Source of the DNA: Eubacteriales bacterium
GTDB taxonomy: Bacteria; Bacillota; Clostridia; Oscillospirales; CAG-272
Assembly (NCBI GenBank): GCA_045658965.1
Contig: JAZOVZ010000041.1
Span: 42,669 to 106,668 of the forward strand
Length of the DNA stretch: 64,000 nt
Direction of reading: 5' to 3'
Positions 1-9,822 of the stretch are shown piece after piece (positions within the stretch are counted from its first letter, which is position 1; every line of letters starts with the position of its first letter). The notes beneath the pieces are model-generated. The model saw only the letters and a list, made by a program, of their open reading frames with translations, was not told the DNA's origin and made no database searches. The position numbers were made by a program, and so were the translations under genes.

Positions 1-558
1 GATCTGATCTATGAGATCACCAACAGCGCGTGTGAGCCGGTCGACATGGTCGTTGTCAGGGGTGACAAGTTCGTTTTCTTAAAAGACGTTAAATTCCCAA
101 CTACAGAAGAGAGCGGAGTCGTATTTGGCTCTTACGATTTCAAGGTGTACGGTAAAGCTCCGAATATTTTCAATCTCAGTCTGTATTCCGTTAACCGCGC
201 AACCTCTACCGTGAAAATGGTTTACGATTCGCTTTTCGATTTGCTGACCGGCAGATACGGAGCGGATGCCGTTTCCGGCCCCGTTGGTACAACGGAGGTG
301 ATCGGTCAGGCGGCACAGGCAGGTGGCGCAACGTTGCTGTATCTTATTGCCGTCATTACCATCAACCTTGGCGTATTCAATCTTTTACCCGTACCCGCAC
401 TTGATGGCGGCAGACTGTTATTCCTGATCATCGAGCTGTTCAGAGGCAAGCCGATCAACAGAAACCTTGAAGGCTACGTGCATTTCATCGGTATCATCAT
501 TCTGTTTGGACTGATGGCACTAATTTCAGTAAAAGATATTATAGGATTATTCTCATGA
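1..558 (+). CDS. rseP: RIP metalloprotease RseP/RasP (M50 site-2 protease), C-terminal part; the 5' end lies outside the window
   Basis: Frame is open from nt 1. C-terminal membrane region has the NLLPVPALDGGRLLF motif. Stop overlaps the ispG start (ATGA). rseP-ispG-polC is typical Firmicute synteny. Confidence 0.8.
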   Translation, partial: DLIYEITNSACEPVDMVVVRGDKFVFLKDVKFPTTEESGVVFGSYDFKVYGKAPNIFNLSLYSVNRATSTVKMVYDSLFDLLTGRYGADAVSGPVGTTEVIGQAAQAGGATLLYLIAVITINLGVFNLLPVPALDGGRLLFLIIELFRGKPINRNLEGYVHFIGIIILFGLMALISVKDIIGLFS

Positions 559-1646
559 TAGATTACCAAAACATCAGAAGAAAAACGCGATCAGTAAAGG
601 TAGGCAGCGTCATGATTGGTGGGAATGCACCTATTTCCGTTCAATCCATGACAAACACCGATACCAAAGATATAACCGCAACGATCAACCAGGTGCGCAG
701 TTTAGAACAAGCGGGATGCGAGATCGTGCGTATTACCGTGCCGGATGCAGAAAGTGCAGAAACCATAACGGCTATCAAGCAGGCAGGTATTCGCGTGCCG
801 ATCGTCGCAGATATTCACTTTGACTATAAAGCCGCACTTGCTTGCGCTGAGCGAGGCGTAGACAAGATCCGCATCAATCCCGGTAATATCGGTGATGAGG
901 ATCGCGTCAAATCTGTCGTGGATGCATGTAAAAAGGGCGGCATCCCGATCCGAATCGGCGTGAACGGTGGCTCTCTTGAAAAGCATATTCTTGCTAAGCA
1001 CGGCTCTCCGACGCCGGATGCACTTTGCGAATCCGCCATGTATCACGTCTCATTACTTGAAAAATTTGACTTTGAGGATATCGTGATTTCCATCAAGGGT
1101 TCTTCGGTTGAACAAATGATCAAGGCGAACCGTTTGGTTGCCGAACGGTGTAACTACCCTATACACATCGGTGTTACGGAGGCGGGAAGCGAACAATACG
1201 GCATGATAAAAAGTGCTGCAGGTATCGGTGCCTTGCTGTGCGACGGCATTGGAGATACCATGCGAGTATCCTTAACTGCCGATCCTGTCAAAGAAGTTGC
1301 TGCTGCTCGGGCTATCCTCAATGCTCTTGAGATCAAAGGACAATGTGGCATGAATATCGTCAGCTGTCCTACCTGCGGACGTACCAAGATCGATCTGATC
1401 AGCCTTGAATGCCAATTCAGAGAAGCCGCGGAACGCGAAGGACTGCTTGATTATCCCATCCGCGTTGCACTCATGGGATGCGTTGTCAACGGCCCCGGAG
1501 AGGCCAGAGAGGCTGACATCGGCATTGCAGGCGGGAAGGGCGAAGCTCTTTTGATCTCGCACGGCGAAATCATTGCAAAAATCAAAGAAGAAGAAGTTAT
1601 AAAGGTTTTGATCGAAAAGATCAAACAGATGCGAAATAACAGTTAA
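555..1646 (+). CDS. ispG: 4-hydroxy-3-methylbut-2-en-1-yl diphosphate synthase (flavodoxin)
   Basis: 363 aa. Has PISVQSMTNT, the ADIHFDY TIM-barrel region and the C-terminal Fe-S motif VSCPTCGRT...GCVVNGPGE. Confidence 0.95.
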   Translation: MIDYQNIRRKTRSVKVGSVMIGGNAPISVQSMTNTDTKDITATINQVRSLEQAGCEIVRITVPDAESAETITAIKQAGIRVPIVADIHFDYKAALACAERGVDKIRINPGNIGDEDRVKSVVDACKKGGIPIRIGVNGGSLEKHILAKHGSPTPDALCESAMYHVSLLEKFDFEDIVISIKGSSVEQMIKANRLVAERCNYPIHIGVTEAGSEQYGMIKSAAGIGALLCDGIGDTMRVSLTADPVKEVAAARAILNALEIKGQCGMNIVSCPTCGRTKIDLISLECQFREAAEREGLLDYPIRVALMGCVVNGPGEAREADIGIAGGKGEALLISHGEIIAKIKEEEVIKVLIEKIKQMRNNS

Positions 1647-1696
1647 GAGAAAAATAATTCATCGAGAAATATAAAGTTTAAAACACGGAGTCTGAC

Positions 1697-4600
1697 ATGA
1701 AAAAGACGTTTCTTGAGATATTTCATAAATATCACCCCGATACATATACGGAAAAATTGCTTTTGACCGTCACAGATATCAAGCTGATGGCAGATAAGGA
1801 TTTGAAGATCATTGAAGCCACGCTGCATTTTCCGCAGCTTGTGGATAAGGCAGAGCTTTACCGCATTCAAGAGGAAATCCGCAAGGCATATGATCTCAAT
1901 CGCGTCAAGCTGCTGCCAAAATACCAGGCAGAGCTGTTCAGCGCCGATTACGTGCCGCAGCTACTCATGGAGACCGAAGAGGTCGGCATCGTTGCAAGAG
2001 GTTTTTTCCACAGATATAAGTACAAGCTTGATCAAGGGGTGCTCACAGTAGAACTGCCCGTGATTGACGCGGGCATTTTGCTTATGGAGGATGCACGCAC
2101 TCCGCAGATCATGGAGAATATTTTATTCTCGGAATTCGGCATTCATATCAAGGTCAAGATCGTGCATTCCGAGGATTTTCACGAGAGTGAACGCAGTGAA
2201 ATACTGCAACGACAGCTTGATGAGCTTGATAAGCGTTTAGCAAAGGCTGCCAAGGAGTACGATCTAGCCAAAGCACAGGGTGGATTCTCCTCAAAAGTAC
2301 CAGAACCGCAAGGAATTGAACAGCCCGCTCTGCCGCGTATCCGCTCGGTATACGACGAAGATCCTACCCCCATCATTATTGACGGCATCTGCACAATCGG
2401 ACATACCTCATATGATATTTCCGCCGTGGAATACGTGATCGGAGATGCATTTGAGATCAAACCCACGCCTATTGCCGCGCTGGACAAGCCGGTGCGCAAC
2501 GCAGTGATTCTTGGCGAGATCTACGCCTTTAACAAAGAGCGTAACCGTACGGGAGAAAAATTCAATCTCAACTACTGCATTACCGACGGCAACTCCTCGA
2601 TTGAAATCAAACTGTTCAACGTTGAGCCCGAGCAATCCGACGAGATGTGCAAGGTCATTTCGAACGGTGCGGTCGTTGCTATGAAGGGGTATGCCAAGTA
2701 CGAAACCAAGAAAAACAAGGACGGCAGCCGTACGGAAGGTCCTGACTGTCTGTTCTATCCCAATGAAATTGCAAAGATCAAAAAGATTGCGCGTAAGGAC
2801 AACGCTCCCGTTAAGCGTGTTGAGCTGCATCTTCATACGCAGATGTCCACCATGGATGCTATGATCCCTCCGTCTGTTGCCGTCAAGCAGGCAAACAAGT
2901 GGGGACACCCTGCCGTAGCAATCACCGACCATGGCAACGTCCAAGGCTATCAGGACGCTATGCTGACTGCCGAAAAGATCGGTCAGAAGGTCATATACGG
3001 CATGGAGGCTTATTTCGTCAACGATACTGCCGGTGCTGTCACGGGTCAGTGTGCATATACGCCTTACGATGAATGTATCGTATTCGATATCGAGACCACG
3101 GGTCTTTCCGCAAAGACCTGCAAGATCACCGAGATCGGTGCCGTGCGTATCAAGCAGGGTGAGGTTCTCGATTCCTTTAATACCTTTGTTGATCCAGAGG
3201 TGCCTATCCCCGAAGAAATCGTCAAATTAACGGGTATCACCGATGACATGGTCAAGGATGCACCCAAGGTAAAAGAAGCCTTAGAAGCGTTTTTTGACTT
3301 CATAGGCGACGAGCAGGGAAAGCCGGCTAAGCTGTTGATCGCGCATAACGCAAGCTTTGATATTGGTTTTATCCGCCATTTTGCGCAGGAGTGCGGTATG
3401 GAGCTGCGCAATCCGTATCTCGATACCGTTGCGCTTTCTCGTTTTCTCAATCCTTCGCTGAACAAGCATAAGCTGAATCTGCTTGCAGAACATTATAATT
3501 TAGGCGACTTTAACCATCACCGTGCAAGCGATGATGCGGAAATGCTGGCAAATATCTATTTCAAGATGTGTGAGCAGATGAAGTCCGCTGAAATCATGTC
3601 CTTTGAGCAGCTTTGTCATGAAATGACAGTCAGCTCTGACCCGCTCAAGTTAAAGCCTTATCACCAGATATTACTTGTCAAGAACGCGACCGGCTTGAAA
3701 AACCTTTATAAGCTGGTTTCAATGAGTAACCTGCAATATTACCGCAGAAGCCCGCGTATCCCCAAGACGCAGCTTGAAAAGCACCGCGAGGGCTTGATTA
3801 TTGGCTCTGCATGCGAAGCAGGTGAAGTCTTTACGGCAATTCTTGAAAACAAGAGTGAAGCAGAGCTTGAAGAGCTTGTCAACTTCTACGATTATTTAGA
3901 GATCCAGCCCATCACCAATAACATGTTCCTGATCGACGAGGGCAAGGTAGCTAATGAAGAGGGGCTGCGCGATCTGAATCGACGCATCGTTGCGCTCGGT
4001 GAGCAATATAATAAACCCGTCGTTGCAACCTGTGACGCGCATTTTCTGAACAAAGAGGATGGCATTTACAGAAAGATTCTGCTTTGCGGTCAGAAATTCA
4101 AGGATGGTGACCGCGATATATTCCTGTATTACAGAACCACCGAGGAGATGCTGGAAGAATTTTCGTATCTTGGTGAGGACAAGGCGTACGAGGTGGTGGT
4201 CACCAATACCAACATGATCAACGACATGATCGAGAGCAATATCCGCCCGTTCCCCAAGGGTACGTTTACGCCCACCATGGACGGAGCAGAGGAAGACCTG
4301 CAGCGAATCTGTTGGGAAAAGGCAAAGAAGATGTACGGTGATCCGTTGCCCGAAATCGTTTCCTCACGTCTTGCAAGAGAACTGGAATCGATTATCAAAA
4401 ACGGCTTTGCCGTGCTGTATATGATCGCACAAAAGCTGGTTTGGTACAGTGAGCAGCAGGGCTATCTGGTTGGCTCACGTGGTTCGGTAGGCTCATCCGT
4501 AGTTGCATCTATGGCAGGCATTTCCGAGGTTAACCCGCTGCCCGCGCATTATTGGTGTCCCAACTGCCAATACTCGGACTTTGAATATGCTAAAAAGCAC

Positions 4601-6145
4601 AAGATCGGCTCGGGATTCGACCTGCCCGACGCCAACTGTCCCAAGTGCGGCACCAAGCTGAATTACGACGGACACGACATCCCGTTTGAAACCTTCCTTG
4701 GATTCTACGGTGATAAATCGCCCGATATTGACCTGAACTTCTCGGGTGAGGTTCAAGGTCGCGTACACAAGTACACCGAGGAACTGTTCGGTGCGGAAAA
4801 CGTGTTCCGCGCAGGCACGATCGGCACACTTGCCGATAAGACCGCGTACGGCTACGTCATGAAGTATTTTGAAGAGCGCAACGTCAGCGTATCCAATGCA
4901 GAGGCAAACAGATTGGTTGCAAACTGCGTGGGCGTCAAGCGAAATACCGGCCAGCACCCTGGCGGTATCGTCGTAGTGCCCAAGACCATGGAGGTTTACG
5001 ATTTCTGTCCCGTACAGCATCCCGCTGAAGATGTTAAATCCGATATCGTCACCACGCATTTCACCTTTGAATATCTTCATGATACGCTCTTAAAGCTTGA
5101 CGAGCTTGGTCACGATATGCCTACCAAGTACAAATATCTCGAAAAGTATTCCGATACCAGCGTGCTTGACGTGCCCATGAACGACCGCTCGATTTACGAG
5201 CTGTTCTTGTCCACCAAGCCGCTTGGCATCTCACCCGAGGACATTAACTGTCCGCTCGGTACGCTTGGTTTGCCCGAGCTTGGCACCAAGTTCGTTATCA
5301 AGATGCTGCAGGAGTGTAAACCGCAGACCTTTTCTGACTTGTTGCAGATCTCGGGACTCTCGCACGGTACGGACGTTTGGACCAACAACGCACAGGAGCT
5401 GATCAAAAACGGCACGTGTACTATTTCCGAGGTTATCGGTACGCGTGACTCGATCATGCTGGCACTCATTGATTACGGCGTGCAAAAGGACCACGCCTTC
5501 AAGATCATGGAAATGGTGCGAAAAGGGAAGGGACTTACTCCCGAATATGAGCAGGAAATGCTGGAGGCAGGCGTGCCCGATTGGTACATTTGGTCTTGCA
5601 AACGTATCAAATACATGTTCCCCAAGGCACACGCAGCAGCATACGACATGTCTGCTATCCGACTTGGATGGTATAAGGTTCACATTCCGCTTGCATTCTA
5701 TTGTGCAATGTTTACCGTGCAGTCCGACGGCTTTGACGGCGAGCTGATCATGAAGGGTAAAAAAGCACTTGTTGCACACATTAAGGATATTGAAGACAGA
5801 GGCTTTGATGCATCTCCCAAGGAGCAAGCCAGCATTCCCGTACTGCAGCTTGCCAACGAGGCATATGCGCGTGGCATCAGATTCTTGCCCGTTGATCTTG
5901 AAAAGTCGGATTGGCGCGAATTCCTGCCCGAAAACGGAAAGATTCGCTTGCCGTTCTCCTCGCTTGGCGGACTTGGCGAGACTGCTGCAGAGAACATTGT
6001 GCGTGCAAGAGCAGAGGAGCCGTTCTTCTCGGTTGAGGATCTCAAGATCCGTGCAAAGCTCTCGCAGGCAGTCATCGATATCCTGCGCCGAAACGGCGTA
6101 CTTGACAATATTAATGAAACAGACCAGTTGACGTTCAGCTTCTGA
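1697..6145 (+). CDS. polC: DNA polymerase III alpha subunit, Gram-positive PolC type
   Basis: 1482 aa. PHP motif HLHTQMS, embedded 3'-5' exonuclease VFDIETTGLS...HNASFD...HRASDDA, Zn-finger CPNC...CPKC, and a polymerase core. Confidence 0.97.
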   Translation: MKKTFLEIFHKYHPDTYTEKLLLTVTDIKLMADKDLKIIEATLHFPQLVDKAELYRIQEEIRKAYDLNRVKLLPKYQAELFSADYVPQLLMETEEVGIVARGFFHRYKYKLDQGVLTVELPVIDAGILLMEDARTPQIMENILFSEFGIHIKVKIVHSEDFHESERSEILQRQLDELDKRLAKAAKEYDLAKAQGGFSSKVPEPQGIEQPALPRIRSVYDEDPTPIIIDGICTIGHTSYDISAVEYVIGDAFEIKPTPIAALDKPVRNAVILGEIYAFNKERNRTGEKFNLNYCITDGNSSIEIKLFNVEPEQSDEMCKVISNGAVVAMKGYAKYETKKNKDGSRTEGPDCLFYPNEIAKIKKIARKDNAPVKRVELHLHTQMSTMDAMIPPSVAVKQANKWGHPAVAITDHGNVQGYQDAMLTAEKIGQKVIYGMEAYFVNDTAGAVTGQCAYTPYDECIVFDIETTGLSAKTCKITEIGAVRIKQGEVLDSFNTFVDPEVPIPEEIVKLTGITDDMVKDAPKVKEALEAFFDFIGDEQGKPAKLLIAHNASFDIGFIRHFAQECGMELRNPYLDTVALSRFLNPSLNKHKLNLLAEHYNLGDFNHHRASDDAEMLANIYFKMCEQMKSAEIMSFEQLCHEMTVSSDPLKLKPYHQILLVKNATGLKNLYKLVSMSNLQYYRRSPRIPKTQLEKHREGLIIGSACEAGEVFTAILENKSEAELEELVNFYDYLEIQPITNNMFLIDEGKVANEEGLRDLNRRIVALGEQYNKPVVATCDAHFLNKEDGIYRKILLCGQKFKDGDRDIFLYYRTTEEMLEEFSYLGEDKAYEVVVTNTNMINDMIESNIRPFPKGTFTPTMDGAEEDLQRICWEKAKKMYGDPLPEIVSSRLARELESIIKNGFAVLYMIAQKLVWYSEQQGYLVGSRGSVGSSVVASMAGISEVNPLPAHYWCPNCQYSDFEYAKKHKIGSGFDLPDANCPKCGTKLNYDGHDIPFETFLGFYGDKSPDIDLNFSGEVQGRVHKYTEELFGAENVFRAGTIGTLADKTAYGYVMKYFEERNVSVSNAEANRLVANCVGVKRNTGQHPGGIVVVPKTMEVYDFCPVQHPAEDVKSDIVTTHFTFEYLHDTLLKLDELGHDMPTKYKYLEKYSDTSVLDVPMNDRSIYELFLSTKPLGISPEDINCPLGTLGLPELGTKFVIKMLQECKPQTFSDLLQISGLSHGTDVWTNNAQELIKNGTCTISEVIGTRDSIMLALIDYGVQKDHAFKIMEMVRKGKGLTPEYEQEMLEAGVPDWYIWSCKRIKYMFPKAHAAAYDMSAIRLGWYKVHIPLAFYCAMFTVQSDGFDGELIMKGKKALVAHIKDIEDRGFDASPKEQASIPVLQLANEAYARGIRFLPVDLEKSDWREFLPENGKIRLPFSSLGGLGETAAENIVRARAEEPFFSVEDLKIRAKLSQAVIDILRRNGVLDNINETDQLTFSF

Positions 6146-6160
6146 TGAAAGGAGATTTTT

Positions 6161-8506
6161 ATGGAACATCGCATACCGATTTCAAATTGGAGCCTTACGT
6201 GGATCGAAAACGTCCATGTAAAAAGTAAAGGTATTTCCTTAAAGGTACCAAACGACGTTACTTTGGGCGGGTATCGCACAATTAAGGCAAGTGTTCCGGG
6301 AAACTTTGAGTTGGACTTTATGCGCGAGGGTATTCTTGATGACGTGTACTTCGGGCAAAATCCGGTCAAAGCGCAGCGTTTGGAAAATCTCCATCTTTAC
6401 TATTTTACAGAATTCAACTATCAAAGCAAGCAAGATCACGATACAGAGTTGGTTTTCGGCGGTATTGATACTGCTGCAGAAATCTATTTAGATGGAAAGC
6501 TGCTCGGCTTTGTGGAAAACATGTTCCATGCTCATACCTTTGATTTGCATGGAATTGAAGATGGAAAACACACCATTCTGGTACATATTCTGCCCTCGGC
6601 AATTTACGCAAGGCAGTTTGAAGTTCCCGCCATGTGCTTTGGTTTGAAGTACAATCAGGATGGCATTCAACTGCGCAAGGCGGGCTCAATGTTTGGTTGG
6701 GATATTATGCCGCGCTTGGTTTCAGGCGGCCTTTGGAAACCGGTAGAAATCGTCTATAAGCCTAAGAACCGTATTGTTGACCCGTTTACTTATACAAGAT
6801 GGGCAAACGAGCATGATGCGTATATTTGCACCACGCTGCGTATTGAGTCCGACGAGGACTTTATTTCCGATTTCCGCGTCATTCTGCACGGTGAGTGCGG
6901 CGACAGCGTGATCCACCACGAGTACAGACCCTTCTGCGCATCCTGCAAGATCGAATTCGGATTTTTGTCTCCCAAGCTTTGGTGGCCGAAAAACTACGGC
7001 GAGCAGAATATGTATGACATGGAGATCAAGCTGGTCAAAGATGGCGTGGAATACGATTGCGTCAAATACCGCTTCGGTATACGCACGCTGCACCTCAAGC
7101 GCACATCCTGCTCGGGGGATAACGGTGACTTTTGCTTTATTGTCAACGGGAAACGCATTTTCGCCATGGGAACGAACTGGGTACCTTGCGATGCGTTCCC
7201 GTCCAGACACGACGATTACACGCTGCGCAATATCAAACTTGCAGATGAGCAAGGCTGTAATATGATCCGCTGCTGGGGCGGCAACGTATATCCCAGTGAC
7301 GTACTGTACGATTATTGTGACGAGCACGGCATTATGATTTGGCAGGATTTCAGTTTTGCCTGTGGTCATTATCCGGATGACGAGCGTCTTTGCAAGCTGG
7401 TCAAAGAAGAGATCAAGCATATAGCGATAGAAAAACGCAACCATCCCTCGCTTGTTTTGTGGGCAGGGGATAACGAATGTGATATTTTCGTCGTGCCGTA
7501 CTGGGAATCGCACAGAACGGATGATGATCCGACTGCAATGCTTGACCCTAACTTTAACAAGCTCACGCGCGACACGATTCTGCGCGAGCTGCGCAATCAC
7601 GACGCAACGCGCCCGTATCTGCCCAGTAGCCCTTATCTCGACCCGACCGCTTACAAATACGGCATGCCCTCCGAGGATCATTTGTGGGGCCCCCGTGACT
7701 ATTTCAAGGGGGATTTCTACGGCAATGCAGAATGCCATTTTGCCTCCGAGATCGGGTATCATGGCTGCCCCTCGCCGGAATCGATCAAAAAATTCATTCC
7801 TGAAGAGAGCCTGCCCAAGGAGTCTATCTACGAGATCTGCGATCATCCCGATTGGCTGATCCACGCAGCAGGCGTAGAGCCTTATTTGGACGGCAACCCG
7901 TACTTTTACCGCAATCGTTTGATGGTCAGCCAGGTAGAGCGATTATTCGGCACACCCGGTAATGATCTTGATACCTTTGCAAGACAAAGCCAGGTTTCTC
8001 AGGCTGAGGCTGTCAAATATTTTATTGAAAAGTTCCGCATCAACAAAGGACGTATGAACGGTATTCTTTGGTGGAACATTGCCGATGGTTGGCCGCAAGT
8101 TTCCGATGCCGTTGTGGACTGGTACGGCTGCAAAAAGCTGGCATATCACTATATCGCGCGCTCGCAAGCACCTTTCTGCATGATGATGGACGAGCCCCAA
8201 GACGGCAAGCTGACGCTCGTGGCATCAAACGACACCCAGCAGTCTGTGCACGCACGCTATACCGTGGTCGATCTGACCACCAATGAGATCATAACAAGCG
8301 GAGCGATTGACGTTGATGCAAACGGCTGTGTACGCGTCGACAAAATTGCAGAGCGCAAGTTCGGTTTTTATATGATCACCTGGGAAAGCACCGCAGGTAA
8401 TGGCAAAAACCACTTTACCTGTACCATTGGTGACGGCTGGACATGGGAGGCATACCGTAATGCAATGACCCAAGCCGGATTCTATGAGGAATACGAAGGA
8501 TTTTAA
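6161..8506 (+). CDS. Glycoside hydrolase family 2, beta-mannosidase-like; no signal peptide
   Basis: 781 aa. GH2 sugar-binding, Ig and TIM layout. NHPSLVLWAGDNE (acid/base region), FASEIGYHG (nucleophile region), WWNIADGWPQ. SD AAAGGAG lies 16 nt after the polC stop. Confidence 0.8.
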   Translation: MEHRIPISNWSLTWIENVHVKSKGISLKVPNDVTLGGYRTIKASVPGNFELDFMREGILDDVYFGQNPVKAQRLENLHLYYFTEFNYQSKQDHDTELVFGGIDTAAEIYLDGKLLGFVENMFHAHTFDLHGIEDGKHTILVHILPSAIYARQFEVPAMCFGLKYNQDGIQLRKAGSMFGWDIMPRLVSGGLWKPVEIVYKPKNRIVDPFTYTRWANEHDAYICTTLRIESDEDFISDFRVILHGECGDSVIHHEYRPFCASCKIEFGFLSPKLWWPKNYGEQNMYDMEIKLVKDGVEYDCVKYRFGIRTLHLKRTSCSGDNGDFCFIVNGKRIFAMGTNWVPCDAFPSRHDDYTLRNIKLADEQGCNMIRCWGGNVYPSDVLYDYCDEHGIMIWQDFSFACGHYPDDERLCKLVKEEIKHIAIEKRNHPSLVLWAGDNECDIFVVPYWESHRTDDDPTAMLDPNFNKLTRDTILRELRNHDATRPYLPSSPYLDPTAYKYGMPSEDHLWGPRDYFKGDFYGNAECHFASEIGYHGCPSPESIKKFIPEESLPKESIYEICDHPDWLIHAAGVEPYLDGNPYFYRNRLMVSQVERLFGTPGNDLDTFARQSQVSQAEAVKYFIEKFRINKGRMNGILWWNIADGWPQVSDAVVDWYGCKKLAYHYIARSQAPFCMMMDEPQDGKLTLVASNDTQQSVHARYTVVDLTTNEIITSGAIDVDANGCVRVDKIAERKFGFYMITWESTAGNGKNHFTCTIGDGWTWEAYRNAMTQAGFYEEYEGF

Positions 8507-8516
8507 CTCCATACAA

Positions 8517-8555
8517 CAAGATCACCGCGGAACAAGCTGCGGTGATCTTGTTTTT
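8517..8555 (+). terminator. Rho-independent terminator after the GH2 gene
   Basis: 12-bp perfect stem CAAGATCACCGC/GCGGTGATCTTG, 10-nt loop, then TTTTT. Confidence 0.75.
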
Positions 8556-8621
8556 CAATATGCTGTTATCACTAATTAATATAATTAACCAACGGTTCAA
8601 TCCATGTTTCCTAACAATACC

Positions 8622-8649
8622 TTTACAGCTCCATAATTTGTGATATAAT
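8622..8649 (+). promoter_or_regulatory. Sigma-A-like promoter for the XRE regulator
   Basis: TTTACA, 16 nt, then TATAAT preceded by TG (TGTGATATAAT). Confidence 0.5.
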
Positions 8650-8697
8650 AAAGGCAGAAGCAGACGTCGGCTTACTATTATATCCATGGAGGTATTT

Positions 8698-9768
8698 ATG
8701 GAAATCACGATTGGTGCAAACATTAAGCGTTTGCGCATAGCCAAAAACATCACGCAGGAACAGCTTTCGGTTGCTATGGGCGTATCCTGTGCTGCCGTCA
8801 GCAAATGGGAAAGAGGGGAGAGTTATCCCGATATTACGCTCTTGCAACCGCTTGCCTTTTATTTTGAAGTAAGTCTTGATAAACTGATGGGCTATGATAG
8901 AGAGAAAGTACAGACAGAAATTGAAAAAATCATCGTATTATATCAAAAGCATCGAAACAATCAAATGGGGCGCGATATCATCATTAAGGCTCGGCGCGAT
9001 TATCCAACAGATTATAGAATCATGCATTATTACATGTGGAACATTGCTGGAGATGCTGATAATGATCCTATGGTGCTGATCGAGCACAAGGATGAATTTC
9101 TCACTATTTGCGAAAAAATACTCGAAGGCTGTACCGAAGAGGTAATAAGACTCAATGCGTGGAATATGCGCGCCAAGATACTGCATGCTGAAGGCAAAAC
9201 GGATGAAGCTTTGGAGATATACAGATCAAAGTTTATCAATTGGTATTTGACCGCTGGGCAAAAGAGCGAGCAACTGTTTGCCAAAGACACGGAAGAATAT
9301 TACTATTGGGTCAGCAAAAACATGTACGAGATTGTCGCTTTTTCCGGTGACAAGCTGGGGCGCGTTATTTTCTTTGATCCCACGATTACCATGCAGGAAA
9401 AAGCAGAGAAGGCTATCAAATACGGAAAACTAATATTAAATGTATTGGATGAAACCGGAGACATTTTTTTCGCTGGTCTTGCTGAGGCATTTCTCAATAG
9501 GGTCAGAAATGACATGACGTTCAGAGATGGGTGTGATAAGGATATTATTACATTACTTGATATGAATCTCTATGCAGCTCAGAAAATAGCCGAGGCTGTA
9601 AAGCTTGATGAAGCTGTCCGTCAAGCGTATTTTCCGGAACGTGTAAATGTCGCAGCAGATGATTTTCTTTCTTGGCTTGTAGAAAGCCTTTTGAATGCAC
9701 AGGAAGGCAGACACGCTGAACTTCTAAACAATCCCGATTACGTTGCCGTTTTGAATAAGTACAGATAA
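8698..9768 (+). CDS. XRE-family HTH transcriptional regulator with a long helical (TPR-like) C-terminal domain
   Basis: N-terminus IGANIKRLRIAKNITQEQLSVAMGVSCAAVSKWERGESYPDITLL is a classic HTH_3. Start chosen at the ATG 5 nt after the GGAGG core of the GGAGGT SD (8698), not the track start 8686. Roughly 290 aa of helix-rich tail. Low GC. Confidence 0.8.
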   Translation: MEITIGANIKRLRIAKNITQEQLSVAMGVSCAAVSKWERGESYPDITLLQPLAFYFEVSLDKLMGYDREKVQTEIEKIIVLYQKHRNNQMGRDIIIKARRDYPTDYRIMHYYMWNIAGDADNDPMVLIEHKDEFLTICEKILEGCTEEVIRLNAWNMRAKILHAEGKTDEALEIYRSKFINWYLTAGQKSEQLFAKDTEEYYYWVSKNMYEIVAFSGDKLGRVIFFDPTITMQEKAEKAIKYGKLILNVLDETGDIFFAGLAEAFLNRVRNDMTFRDGCDKDIITLLDMNLYAAQKIAEAVKLDEAVRQAYFPERVNVAADDFLSWLVESLLNAQEGRHAELLNNPDYVAVLNKYR

Positions 9769-9769
9769 C

Positions 9770-9806
9770 AAAAATCCCAACTTCCGAACGGAGGTTGGGA
9801 TTTTTG
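9770..9806. terminator. Bidirectional terminator between convergent genes
   Basis: AAAAATCCCAACTTCC-GAAC-GGAGGTTGGGATTTTT; an A-run and a T-run flank the stem. Confidence 0.75.
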
Positions 9807-9822
9807 TTATGTAAGATAAAGA

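Noticed and set aside
1697-6145. Checked polC for an intein or frameshift
   Set aside because: The length (1482 aa) and the continuous motif order (PHP, exonuclease, Zn-finger, polymerase core, HhH-like tail) are as expected for an uninterrupted PolC.
8560-8643. 27-aa ORF (MLLSLINIINQRFNPCFLTIPLQLHNL) upstream of the XRE regulator, considered as a signalling peptide gene
   Set aside because: It has no SD, it overlaps the regulator's promoter, and it starts immediately after the upstream terminator T-run. I cannot support it from sequence alone.
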